Of a DNA stretch of 64,000 bases, positions 48,298 to 60,381 are shown piece by piece (position 1 is the first letter of the stretch; each line of letters opens with the position of its first letter). Made by a program: the position numbers and the translations under genes. Source of the stretch: Coniocarpon cinnabarinum (Eukaryota); assembly GCA_051942205.1 (NCBI GenBank), contig JAVECO010000048.1, forward strand, positions 1 through 64,000, in the 5' to 3' direction. The notes below the pieces were generated by a model. The model was not told the origin of the DNA. It searched no databases and saw only the letters and a list, made by a program, of their open reading frames with translations.

Positions 48298-50565
48298 ATG
48301 GAGGCAGAAGTGCGTGCGCTGATACCAAACATTGATCCAGTGGTCTCCGAGTATACGGCGGGCTATCTGAACCACGCATCCAATGCATATGTCTCCGACA
48401 CGGACCCAAGTACACCGTCACCTTTGGCCGAAGCGCAAGCTGTCATCATTGAGCTCTTGACTTCAGCATCTGGGGATTTTTCAGATCAGAACAAGACATC
48501 CATAAGTAATCTCGTGCAGAAGTTCGTCACACGGTTAAATGATGCCAACGGCAACGATCCCGAGCGAAGACAGATGGCGCCAACGGCACGCAAACTCGAT
48601 CAAACGATCAACGTAGGTGCGCAGCGTAATGTGTCTTCAACTCTCGGCCTTGTAGGCGGCAATGTAGATCTTGAATCGGCCAATTCAAGAAAGGTGGAGT
48701 CACGTGTTGACAAGAAGAAACTTGAAAAGGCCGAGCGCAAGATTCGTGCGAAGCAAGACAAAAAGGAAATGAAAAATGTCGAGTATGAGGCGTCGCGACT
48801 ACTCAATCAACCTGACGAGACGAAATCCTACGAAGAGTTTTTCATGGAAGTTAACCCACTGCAACTGGGCGCCGATAGCGCTTCCAAGAGCAAAGACATC
48901 AAAGTCGACAATATTGATGTCTCGATCAGTGGAAAGCGTATTCTCAGTGATACGAGTTTGACATTGTCTTATGGCCGCCGTTACGGTCTCGTAGGTCAGA
49001 ACGGTATTGGCAAAAGTACGCTGCTACGGGCTCTGAGTCGACGTGAAGTAGCCATCCCCACTCACATCTCAATTTTGCATGTCGAGCAAGAAATCCACGG
49101 AGATGATACGTCGGCGTTGCAAGCTGTTCTTGACGCTGACGTGTGGCGCAAGCATCTCTTGAAAGAACAAGACAAGATCACAGCTGAGCTCACCGAGCTC
49201 GAATCCCAGCGGGCTTCAATGGCTGACACTTCAGGTGACGCCGCCAAGCTCGACAAACAGCGCGAAGGGCTTGATACCACATTGAGTGACATTCATGCAA
49301 AACTGGCAGAGATGGACTCGGACAAGGCCGAATCAAGAGCTGCAAGCATCCTCGCAGGTCTCGGATTTTCAACGGAACGTCAACTCTACCCAACGAAGTC
49401 CTTCTCTGGAGGTTGGCGAATGCGTCTTGCGTTGGCTCGTGCACTATTCTGTGAACCAGACTTGCTTCTGCTGGATGAGCCAAGCAACATGTTGGACGTT
49501 CCGTCAATTACGTTTCTTTCCAACTATCTCCAGGGCTATCCCAGTACGGTCTTGGTTGTCTCACACGATCGCTCGTTCCTGGACGAAATCGCGACAGACA
49601 TCATGCATCAGCACTCCGAGCGCCTGGATTACTATAAAGGAGCTAATTTCACATCCTTCTATGCGACTAAGGAAGAACGCAGGAAAACGGCAAAACGCGA
49701 ATATGAAAACCAGATGGCTCAACGAGCGCACTTACAGGCTTTCATTGACAAGTTCCGATACAACGCCGCCAAATCTTCAGAGGCTCAATCTCGGATCAAG
49801 AAGCTCGAGAAGATGCCAGAGCTCCAACCGCCAGAGGCGGAGTACAGTGTGCACTTCAAGTTTGGAGATGTGGAGAAGCTTTCACCGCCGATCGTGCAGA
49901 TGTCCGGGGTCAACTTCACATACGACAAGGCCAGGCCTGCCGTCTTGAATAAAGTTGATCTTGACATTCAGCTCGATAGCCGCATTGGCATCGTCGGTCC
50001 GAACGGAGCAGGTAAAACAACTGCACTGAAACTGCTCATTGGCCAGCTTGAGCCTACGAGTGGACTTATCAGTTCAAACCCGCGCCTGCGCATGGCGTAC
50101 TTTGCCCAACACCATGTCGATGCCTTGGAGATGAGTACTAGCCCTGTGAGCTTCATGGCTGCAAAATATCCAGGCAAGAGTGACGAGGAATACCGCCGAC
50201 ACTTGGGTCAATTTGGTATCACGGGTATGACGGGCCTGCAAAGGATGGAGCTGTTGTCTGGCGGTCAAAAGTCTAGAGTGGCATTCGCCTGTCTAAGTTT
50301 GCAGAACCCACATATTCTCGTCCTCGACGAGCCCAGCAATCACTTGGATATTGAGGCGATGGATGCGTTGAGTGACGCTCTCAGAAATTTTGGTGGTGGT
50401 GTGATCATCGTCAGTCACGATGTGACCATGTTGCAAAACGTGTGCACAAGCCTGTGGGTGTGTGATAAGGGCACCATTGAGCATTTCGATGGTGGGGTCA
50501 AGGACTACAAGAAGCGGATCAGCGCGCAAGCGGATGCGTCTGGTGTGGTGATGAAACAGCGATAG
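48298..50565 (+). CDS. GCN20: ABCF-family ATPase, Gcn20/ABCF3
   Basis: Two ABC cassettes (GQNGIGKST/FSGGWRMR/LLLDEP and GPNGAGKTT/LSGGQKSR/VLDEP), no transmembrane domain, Gcn20-type N-terminus (IDPVVSEYTAGYL). Confidence 0.93.
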   Translation: MEAEVRALIPNIDPVVSEYTAGYLNHASNAYVSDTDPSTPSPLAEAQAVIIELLTSASGDFSDQNKTSISNLVQKFVTRLNDANGNDPERRQMAPTARKLDQTINVGAQRNVSSTLGLVGGNVDLESANSRKVESRVDKKKLEKAERKIRAKQDKKEMKNVEYEASRLLNQPDETKSYEEFFMEVNPLQLGADSASKSKDIKVDNIDVSISGKRILSDTSLTLSYGRRYGLVGQNGIGKSTLLRALSRREVAIPTHISILHVEQEIHGDDTSALQAVLDADVWRKHLLKEQDKITAELTELESQRASMADTSGDAAKLDKQREGLDTTLSDIHAKLAEMDSDKAESRAASILAGLGFSTERQLYPTKSFSGGWRMRLALARALFCEPDLLLLDEPSNMLDVPSITFLSNYLQGYPSTVLVVSHDRSFLDEIATDIMHQHSERLDYYKGANFTSFYATKEERRKTAKREYENQMAQRAHLQAFIDKFRYNAAKSSEAQSRIKKLEKMPELQPPEAEYSVHFKFGDVEKLSPPIVQMSGVNFTYDKARPAVLNKVDLDIQLDSRIGIVGPNGAGKTTALKLLIGQLEPTSGLISSNPRLRMAYFAQHHVDALEMSTSPVSFMAAKYPGKSDEEYRRHLGQFGITGMTGLQRMELLSGGQKSRVAFACLSLQNPHILVLDEPSNHLDIEAMDALSDALRNFGGGVIIVSHDVTMLQNVCTSLWVCDKGTIEHFDGGVKDYKKRISAQADASGVVMKQR

Positions 50566-52427
50566 TGTTTGACTCCAAGAGAGAACGGCTCCTGGAGTTT
50601 GCTCGACTAATTCCTGCGCATCGTGTGAAAATTGGCCAGGCCCACGCAGACTCTCGGGTCATAGCGAAAGGCACAGCAGGAGTCCGTGAAGCCGCACGAC
50701 ATCAACTCTCCACGATCTAAGCAGCCAAGCCTTTGAATCCCTCGGCTGGCCGCCTCGTCACACCACGCTGAGGGGACTACAAGTGGTCCGTGAGCCGGAC
50801 AGTGATATGCCCGTTCTGGCTGCTGTGAGGCGGGCAGAGGAGAGTGAGATACGCGCGAAGTTTGATGGTGCGGCATCACCAAAATAGCATCACTTGAGGC
50901 CCCGCTCCAGGCATTGGTGTCCGAAGAGGCGCCTCAAGGCAGACATCTGCTGGATTCGTATCCCTGTGCATCGTGCAGCAGGCAAGGAGAGTGCGACGTG
51001 GAAGCGAGCATGCGTCGAGCACGCAGAGCTACCTGCCTGCCTTGCTTTCTCCTGCAGAAGGCCGTCACGCGTGAAGCTCCAGTGCAGCGGAGGTAGAGCG
51101 GAGTTTGGAGGTGAGCGCGGGAGGGGAGACTAAGCCTTGCGGCAGCGGCGGTTACGCTAGGCGGCACTAGGCCGAGCTGAGCCGTTAGCGTGAACGGACC
51201 GCCGCCAATAGCAGCATTGGGATGGGCATTTGGCAGCGTGGGGCACTCCAGCCGAACCACATTGTCTCAAATGTCACAATGCAAAGAAAATAGCGAGGTA
51301 GAGAGCTCTCGGCTTTTGTCAATATACTCAGCTCCTCGCAGACTCTCTCCTTGCCACGCCGTACACGCTCGACGGCCATCTCAGCGCCATCAGATGGGGC
51401 GAGGTGAGCTTGATCGACCGAGCTCGCGTGAGCCTGTTCTTGCTCTTGTTTCAGGGGCTTATTTGATCAATACTCGCCCTCGATCGGTTGCCTTGTTCCA
51501 TTGTAATTTGTCCCCGCCCTTGCTTGCCGCCCCCACGTCCCCCAATCGGCGTATCGGCAGACGTGGAGGGGGCTGGTTAGACCAATTTGCGAGCTCCTGC
51601 AAACAGTGGGACGAGGCCATCCGTAGAGCAAACTTTATCCTTTCGGAGACCAGGATTCTGTTCCAACAACCACGGTCTGCCCGACGCAGACGCAGGCCTG
51701 GACGGCTTTTGCACGGTTGCGCGGGCTGGCCGCTTCGCCGACTGGCATTGCTGTGGAGCTCGAGCAGACTTTTCACGGCCAACCGTCATCTCTACCACGC
51801 AGCGTGTCGGAAAAATTCGAGAGGAGGGAGGATGTTATAATGCGTGTCAGCTCCCAAGGCCCCGGACCTTGCCACGGCACAACAGGAGCAAGGGGCCACC
51901 AACAACGCCGCCGCAAGGGAGGACCGGGCATCACGAGCACAATGGGACCACGTCGAGGACCACACGTCGTCCCCGACACTGGCTTGTAGGGGAGACTGAG
52001 CGGCGGTGGAGCTGATGGTGGGAGTGACAGGCGAGCAGTGTGGTTGACTCGCAGGAGTTGGCTGGTATCTGTCATGCTTAAATGGAGGAGTGGGGCCTGG
52101 CGATGCACACACGCGCGTCTAGCGAGCAGCTGCATGCACGGCAGTATCAGCTTGGGTTTCGGGATCGAGCGAGGGGGGGTGCGGTGGGTGTTTGGTGCAG
52201 TACATGCTCGGCCCTCTCGATATAAACTATGAGACAGATCTCGGCGGGCTCTGTGCAGTCAACTTGGGTACGTCGAGGAGCGGAGAGATGTCGTCCACTG
52301 CTCGATGCAGCGGGCGCGGGGGGCGAGGGAGCGCGAGAGATTGATATACATGTAGGGTCGTTGCAGGCGTTGCAAGTAGAGTACTCCGTATGTAGCGAGG
52401 AGCGTGGACCTTGCGGCTCCTCTGCGG

Positions 52428-52456
<29 letters not shown>
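52428..52456 (+). repeat. (GCCT)n microsatellite
   Basis: About 7 tandem GCCT units. Confidence 0.9.
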
Positions 52457-52458
<2 letters not shown>

Positions 52459-52923
52459 GGGATGTTGGATGTTGCGTCAGGGCTGGCGTCTGGTGTGCCA
52501 GTGGTGGACGAAAAGAGCCAAAGTGGTGTCTATCCTCTTTCTCAAATTTCCACGGGCGCCGCCCAGCCTCTGCCAACCTGCAACCTCCAACCTCGAGCGC
52601 TGCATCTACCTTACCTTACCGTGCCACCACCTTCACCGCTAGTACCTGACCTCCTCACCTCGTGCACTGTCTCTCTCTTCTCTTTGCCCTCTCTCCCACT
52701 CTTTTCCTCCACCACCACCAACACATTTGCCGCACTCCCACACGACCTGCCCGCGTTCGGCACTTGCTTACTCTTGTCTCCTAGGAATCCTTCTGTCCTC
52801 CCCGCGCGTGAGCGACGTGCAGCCGTGCGAGGGCGCGGTGAGAGAGAGTGGCCGTGTGGTCGAGCGTGCTTGGGAGCGTCCGAGCGGGTGGAGCGTGAGC
52901 CATCGGATGCCGCCAATCTCAGT

Positions 52924-52956
52924 CTCCTCCTCCTCCTCCTCCTCCTCGCCCTCCTC
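52924..52956 (+). repeat. (CTC)n microsatellite in a pyrimidine-rich leader
   Basis: Run of CTC units upstream of the 53062 gene. Confidence 0.85.
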
Positions 52957-53061
52957 GCTTTCGACTCCGTCGCTGCCAATGGACCCGCCAGGCACTGCTC
53001 AAGGTTCCTGCTGCAGCTCCCGCTCTTGACCTGACGCCATGAGCTCTCGCGGCCGGAGGCA

Positions 53062-56000
53062 ATGCCCTCTTCGCTCCCTCCCAGCGCGGACATGACATCT
53101 ATCAGCACGGTAGGACCACCAGCCTGCCCTCATTATTCCCTCTTCCCCTCCACCGACATCATCAACACCTGCCTACCTACCCGCCTCTGCTTCAGGAGCT
53201 GGGTACCGCCCTGGCTACCTGCCCAGCAGCAATACATCACACCTGTGTCTCCATGTGGACCACGTTCACCCTTGCTGCTGCACGCTGTCTCCCGGTTTCA
53301 CCAACGCGGTCCCTGGCTAACCTGTCTGTGTAACAGCTCTGTGCAACGGCCACCGTCCTCGTAGCTCCAACCGGCCTCACCTTTGCTCGTCACCCTCATA
53401 ACAACAACAACGCTTCCTCGCCCCCCTTCTTCACTCCCGACCCTCCCTCTCGACGACGGCAACAGGCTCCTCCACGCTCAGTCACAGGCCCGGAACGCTT
53501 CGGGCCTCCCCCGTCCAGCTCCATGATCTGTTCGACGCCTCCTCAGCCCCCCTCCCTCTCCTCTCGTCCGGTCACCTCTGCAGCTCCGCCTTCCGCTTGG
53601 GACTCTAATCGGTCGTCCATGGTTAAAGAGGAATGGGATCACAGCCCTAGCCCGACCGCGGTGGCATTGGGTCATTCGTTGACGCAGCGGCCATCTTCTT
53701 CTGTCAGTGGGCAGGGGCCAAGACGATCAACAACGCAGTCAACCAGCTCTACACAGCCATTCTTCACACCTCCCGCAAAGCCGCCTGCACAGAAGCCCAA
53801 CAAGCTGGTGAAGCGGTCTCTCTCACAGAACGTGTCGGGTACCTCGAAACATCGTGACAGCTTCCCGCAGAAGCCATTGTTTAGGAGGCCAGCAACCAGT
53901 CACCAAAGAGCTGCGTCGTGGGCTTTGAATGTCGATGGCCGTGCAGAGGGACCCAATGCTGGCTCCAATCCTCTGCCTTCTCCAAATACCTCGTCTCAAA
54001 GCAGCTTGAACCAGCCTTATATACATTTTCCCCGTATCGTCAGAGCACGGAAGAAATTGAAGGGTTTCTCACGACAGACCGCAGATAAAGATTCTGAGCC
54101 TGTACGCCGCATTCAACCTGATGGGTCCAAGCTGACACTTCTATTCGCCAAGTTTGTCATTCCAGCCCAAGTCGAACTGGAGGATACGTACCACGTCGAG
54201 TCGGACATAGAGTCACCTTACAGTCCCTCGTCACGGCAGCGTCATTCGCCGACTACATCTTCGTCGCCACTGAATCCGTCTTCGGCTCAGTCCAGCCTGC
54301 GATCGGAACGACATCGCCACCAGTCCTTTGCACAATTCAGACATTCGCCCACACGCATGATGAGTAGCTCACAGACACCCACCTCCAGACTGAAGCGAAA
54401 GCTAAGTCAACGGATCTCATCCGCACCCACGTCATTTCCTTCCACAGTTGACCCTCCTGTACGGATTGAGCAACGTTCAAGCCCACGTGAACCGGCCACA
54501 CCCCGGCCCGACTCAGCATACCTGCCATCCAATCGATCTTCATCTGTGATCAAGAAATCGGCATCATCCAATCCCACACCATATCATACCCGACAAGTCT
54601 CTATGTCCTCGGCTCCTTCGTCGAGTCCCGATGGTTCATCGATGGGTCAACGAGTCTTCAGCTGGGGTGAAGGTGAGGAGGAAGGCTCGACGAGTGAAAC
54701 CATATACGACTCCTTTCGAACTGGTACCACGCGAAGCTCCTACGGTACTGCGCGGCAACCGTTGGAGACGTTATTTGACAAGTCCTCAACGACTGTCAAT
54801 GATCATCCACGCCCCAGGTCACCCGCACATAGGCCCCTAGAACGCCTTTCGCAGCAGACATTGGGCACTGACGATGCAAAGTCATTCGTATCTGCACAAG
54901 CTACTCCTCGAACCATGAGACCGCAGCGTTCCACTCCATCTGACCAACTGAGTTGGACTACCCCTCCTGATCTAAACGAGGACTTTGCAGACGACGAGGC
55001 CGATTGGGACAGCTTTCCAATCAGCCATAAAACCTACACCAGATCACCGGTGCCATCCACAAACGCCATACGCTCTGAACTCTCGAGCTCGCCCAATGAT
55101 TTTGGTAGAGCCGCAACGCCGCGTGCTGATACGGGACTACGCAACAGCGTATTTGATTGGTCTGAGCCTACGCCTCTTGACAAAGGGTCAGATCACGATA
55201 CCCCTCCGAGGCCCAAGACCGTGCATGGAAAGAAGCGACAAGGAGCTCTCGGTACTCAATCATCGGCGCGCCGACCCCAAGCAGGATTGCATGCTCGTAG
55301 TCAGAGTGTGCCGGCTTTCCAGGATCTGACGGGAAGACGGCCAGACGTGACTCAGAAGTTCGGCACATGGGGTGTTGGTGGAAAAGGTGCAACAGAAGAC
55401 TGGGATGATGACTTCGATTTCGGTCATCCATCCCAAAGCTCGCCAATCGTACCATCTGCTCAGATTAACGAAGTGGCGGACAATTTTACCGCCATGCGTA
55501 TTCCCGACAGCATTCAACAACAGCAAAACAACGTGCTCGCCAACATTGGCTTGCTCAAAGAATGGGGACTCTTGATCGAAGAGCTCAAGGATTTGAGGGT
55601 ACGCGCTGCAGCCCTAGGTATACGTGCTGGAAATCACGCAAATATCTTTGACGAAGTCGACGCCATGATTGACCTTGCAGATCAGGAACATGAGGACGAT
55701 GCGCTCAGCACACTCAGATCGCCATCTTCGTCTTACTTCAGCGACGAGGAACACGAGCGGAACACTCCACCTCGCAATCTACCTGCAGGCCACGCGCGAA
55801 TGTCCCCGAGCGAAATGCTGCGCGCTGTGCAGCGCAACAATTCCGTGAATTCGTCACCCAATTTCGGCAATTCGAACTCGCCAGATCCAGCTGTACATCG
55901 GCCCAGAAAAGACTCTGAGGCGGTAGCGCAGTCTGTGATTCAAGCGCTGCAGCGCGGACGGCAACGCAACATAGAGAATGACCCTGCAGTTAATTCTGCA

Positions 56001-56318
56001 CTGCCACGACCAAAGAAAATGCCGTTTGACACTAACACGTTAAAACACATTGTGCCGCACGTCAACAGTCTTATGCGTCAGGTCAAACAGCTCATCAAAG
56101 ATGAAGAAGGTCTGCATACCAGCCCCAAAGCTGACAGACACGCAAGCTTCTCCAGACGTATAAGTGCACAGCACGGGCGCGCTACCTCTCCATCAGCGCA
56201 GCGTGAATTGCGCTTGCGGCTTCAGAGAAGGCCCAACGAGCGGTCTGATGCAGCTATGGGCGTCAATGCACATGATCTTGACTTGGAAGAGCAATTGCGC
56301 GCAATGGAAATTAACTAA
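53062..56318 (+). CDS. Large Ser/Pro-rich hypothetical protein (~1000 aa)
   Basis: The 931-aa ORF is open upstream to an acceptor at 53336. A phase-0 intron 53110-53336 (GTAGGA..GCTAAC..CAG) links it to MPSSLPPSADMTSIST. Conserved-looking blocks: KFGTWGVGGKGATEDWDDDFDF and KEWGLLIEELK. Confidence 0.8.
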
Positions 56319-57659
56319 CAGGGAGACCTTGCAACCGTTCGCGCAAGCCTTTTGCAGAGCAAGACCCATTTACCCTGGTATCGCCTGCCTGATTTGGTGT
56401 ATAAGATTTGTTCATGGATTGTGCAATGCACTGTGAGCTGCGGCTCATTCGGGAAACAAAATTTATTTGCTTTCAATATCAGAGGCAAGGATGATGGTCA
56501 ATTTACGAGTTGTAATGACAGAAAGGACGACATGCGTGACGCGAATTGATGTGAAAAGGCAAGAAGGCCCGGAAGGTGTGACATGCAGAGCTGAGCCAAA
56601 TCATAAAAGCAAAGAAACGGAAAATCATATGCCGACGAAGTCTGCATAGTTGTAAAAAGTTTCAAGTACTTGATGGCGTTGGGAGCATCTTTGCTTTCGG
56701 GCTAGACGGAGCATTCAAGTGGGTACGGATGGGCACACACCATGCGGGTTCACAGCGACTCTCACGCGGCACACACGCTGTGGGTAGGATTGCTTGGTTA
56801 TTGGCGAAATGACTTGCATCACGGCAAAGGCAGTCTCAATGTGCATTTGAAAGGGGTGGTGTTTTGCCATATATCACTGTACGAATAGCATTGAAGAGGG
56901 AAAAGGGAGGTAATGCCAACGAAGCGACGGCAAGGCACATGCAGAAGCTCAGACAGACAAAGGTCGACCTGGTAACCTCCTTAGCACGAGGTCACTAAGC
57001 TTTACGAATCATCTTTGCCAACAGAAGGGCTAGACACGCCTTAACACTCTCAATTTGGCTTTCATTGACTGTAGCTTTCGTATCGCCAGGGTCATACATT
57101 CAAGTCATTCGTGAATGTTGCACAATCCCGTCGTGCCCGTTTCCCACCGTGCTTTGAATACGACGATTTGGACTGCTGCGGCGTCGCAAATATCATAGAT
57201 CTCCACACGTCAGTCCAGATTGAAGAGCTTTGTAGCCATTGGAGCCGCTTCATCATAGAGCCTTCTCGACTGGCCTTCACTAAGAATCGACTTGAAAACA
57301 CTCCTCTTAACGTTGACTCTCCTGCCAATGACTCGCGGCTGTAGATCACCACGCACTCCCGCCACGTCCCCTTCGGCCGCCACGCCAAGCACGGCTAAAC
57401 GTCATCATTTGGAGGTGTTGTTTCTATTCGGCCAAGTTCTTCGCAAACAGCAGCTTCTTCTCTTCCTCTAGTCAGATGCGACGATACCAGCATCCATCCA
57501 TGGTTTTGTCGACAGAAGCAAGGGATCGCTTTGACACGATGTCGCCACGCATTCCAGATGAGCTGCATTTAACAACAATGAGAAAGCCATGAAACCGGCC
57601 GGAGGCTGAAAAAGTGTGGATCTACATCCTTTTTGTGAAGCTTGAGGCAAGACGCGAAG

Positions 57660-59500
57660 ATGTTGCGCAATCATTTGGTCCTGGCTTTTGTCGCCGCGGC
57701 GGCCGCACAGTCGGCTTGTCCGGTCAGCAGTTTGACAGCTTCAGTCCCTGCACCTTCTGTGGCCCCTGGCTTCGAGGCGCGCCTGATTGCCACCAACTTG
57801 ACCAAGCCGCGTGGCATTCAGTTTGACCAAAATGGGCGTCTCTTGGTTGTCGAGCAGAACTCTGGCGTCGTTGCTTTGACGTTTGATGACCTTGGTGGCT
57901 CTTGTTTAGCTGAGAAGACGCGCAGCGCGGTGATCAACGACACGTCTGTAAGTGGGATGAATGCACTGGTATCGCCTCGCCTGTGTTGACGTGCTCTTGA
58001 CTAGCTCAATCATGGGATTGCAGTGTCTCATGATGGGAAGACGTTGTATGTGTCGTCCTCTCAGGCTGTTTTCAGCTTCCCCTACGATGAGTCGACAGGT
58101 CAAGTGACAGGCGCCAATCAGACCCTTGTTGATGGTATGGAGGGCACAGACGTAAGCAACTTTCTTTTGAAATTGTTGTCAAGTAGCTAATGATTCGATA
58201 GCACACCGTACGTTCGCATTTCTGATTCTGCTTTCTGAAACCGTTGAACTCACTTGATACTTAGACGAGGACCCTTCTTCTGTCGAGGAAGCAGGAAGGG
58301 ACTCTGATTGTGACGCGTGGAAGTACATCAAATATTGATCTTGATGCTGCTAATATCGATTCGGGCCATTCTCAAGTTAAAGCTTTCAATTTGACCAATC
58401 TAACCAGCAATCCCTATGATTTCACTGCTGATGGCAATTTGCTTGGTTGGTAAGTGCTCATACTGCTGTTTCCCTTGCCTGTACTGATGTAGGAGAGCCT
58501 GGAAAAGTATATCATTGCACGTGCCTCGCTTGAGCGATCTTCAGTTTCAACGTCAACATGCTGATGATCTTCCTCACAGGGGCCTGCGCAACGAGGTTGG
58601 CATTGACGAGGAACCGTGTGACGGTGGCTTGTACAGTGTAGAAAATTCTGCAGACGAGGTCACTCGCAATGGTGAAGACATCCACGAAAATAACCCGGCA
58701 GAAAAGATGAACTTCCTTGGATGGCTCAATCCGCCAGCAGGCACTGCTCAGTCATCCAATCAGGCCTCCAACTTCGGCTACCCCCAATGTTTCGCCGCCT
58801 GGGAGCCTTCATCTATTCCTAGTTTCTCTGGTGAAGTCGGAGTACAATTTGCTATTGGCACCCTTGACAACGGCAACAATAGCGATACGAGCTGCGAGCA
58901 GTACACACCTCCTCGACTTGTGTTTCAAGCCCACATGGCCCCGTTGGATATCAAGTTCAATAGTCAAGGTAGGATCTCCAGATTCCTAAGAGTGTCCACG
59001 GCTTTGCGCAGATACTGACGCTAACTTTATAAATAGGCAGCGAAGCGTGGATCACATTCCACGGCAGCTGGGATCGCACCATGCCTTCTGGCTACAAAGT
59101 TGGGGCAGTTCAGTTCGATCGCAATGGCCCCTTGGCCAGCTCCAACAGCACCACTGCCCTCGTCGATGTGGTCGCGAACCAGGACAACTCGAACTGTCCT
59201 GACGAATGTTTCAGGCCAGTCGCAATGGCCTGGGACAATCAAGGTCGCTTGTACTTCTCCTCGGACGCCACTGGCGAGATCTACGTGATCACACGAGCCG
59301 ACTCTTACCCAGGTAATTCCCCTAATTCTTCTACCACTGCAAGTGCTGGCATAGACGGTGTAATACCGACCAGCACAACTACAAATGCCCCAGCGGCATC
59401 CTCGAGCGTATCGCAAAGTAGCGCAAAAAGCGCGGCGAGCGCTGGGGTACTGACTAGTGCCATTGTGTATCTGTTGATGCTGATACTAACCATTTTGTAA
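57660..59500 (+). CDS. Secreted, probably GPI-anchored PQQ-dependent glucose/sorbosone dehydrogenase-like beta-propeller (AA12-type)
   Basis: Signal peptide and six exons including a 6-nt microexon. Motifs LTKPRGI.FD, LNHGIA, HTTRTL, GWGLRNEVG, VENSAD, NPAEKMN, HMAPLDIKF, FHGSWDR and CFRPV. Ser/Thr-rich tail with a hydrophobic C-terminus. Confidence 0.9.
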
Positions 59501-60381
59501 AGTCTAACGAGAGTTTGGCGTGTAAAGGATCTGGCCGTGGCGTGGGAACGCCGATAGCAATATGGTCGCGGGATTTTGGCTTGAATTTCATGATCGAGAG
59601 CTTGCTCGAACGGTTATGGCACTCTTTGGAACCCCGTGGAAGCCCACACGTATGTTTGTGTCACGTTCTTTTCCAGACATTTCCGTCCCTTCCCGCTGCT
59701 AAACAGGCGCTGTTCGTTTTGCAAGAGATCAGCTGTACAGTCATGCTTTCTACTTTGGGTAGATCTTACATCGTACGTTTCGAGGTTGGCAAGGCACCTA
59801 AGAGTCAAAACTGAACGTCATCATCATATCATGTCATCACTGCATAACTGTCCACTTGACTCCAAATCTCCGCACACCGTCTTTTTCTGTTCCACATGTC
59901 TTTCAATCTTTCAACAACTCTGCGCAAAACACCTCACAACTCTTACCTACCCCCTGAGCATAATCGCATTTACGAGGCATGTGTGCGTCAATGAGCGTCA
60001 CCCGCTCGCAAACACTTGCTTGAAGGATAGTGAAGCTTGCTTCGAGAGTGGGTCATGTGCAGCTGAAGCCGAGCCCACCTGCTGAGTGAAGCCCTGAGTG
60101 ATGGTGAACGAACAAAAGTGGACCGTCGTAGAACGTCTCCAAGGTCAACGGACTCTACTACGCTGACTTCTCTCTTCCTCTTTCCTGTTTCTTTCATGGT
60201 CTTCCTCATTCTCTTCACTCAGCATCTATTTCCACATCTCTCATGATTTTCAACAACCAACGTATCGGCGCATCATTCTTGCCATTTAGTATGACATAGC
60301 TGCATCATTCATAGCATCAATCATTCAACACAACCTTTCACACAACCTTTCACACAACTACAGACGGCATCTCTATTCGCC

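Noticed and set aside
50894..53108. Numerous 100-216 aa ORFs on both strands
   Set aside because: GC-rich low-complexity sequence with no codon bias or motifs; treated as non-coding.
8809..59500. AA9 LPMO and AA12 dehydrogenase as a redox-partner cluster
   Set aside because: They are 48 kb apart with unrelated housekeeping genes between them, and this AA12 lacks a cytochrome domain.
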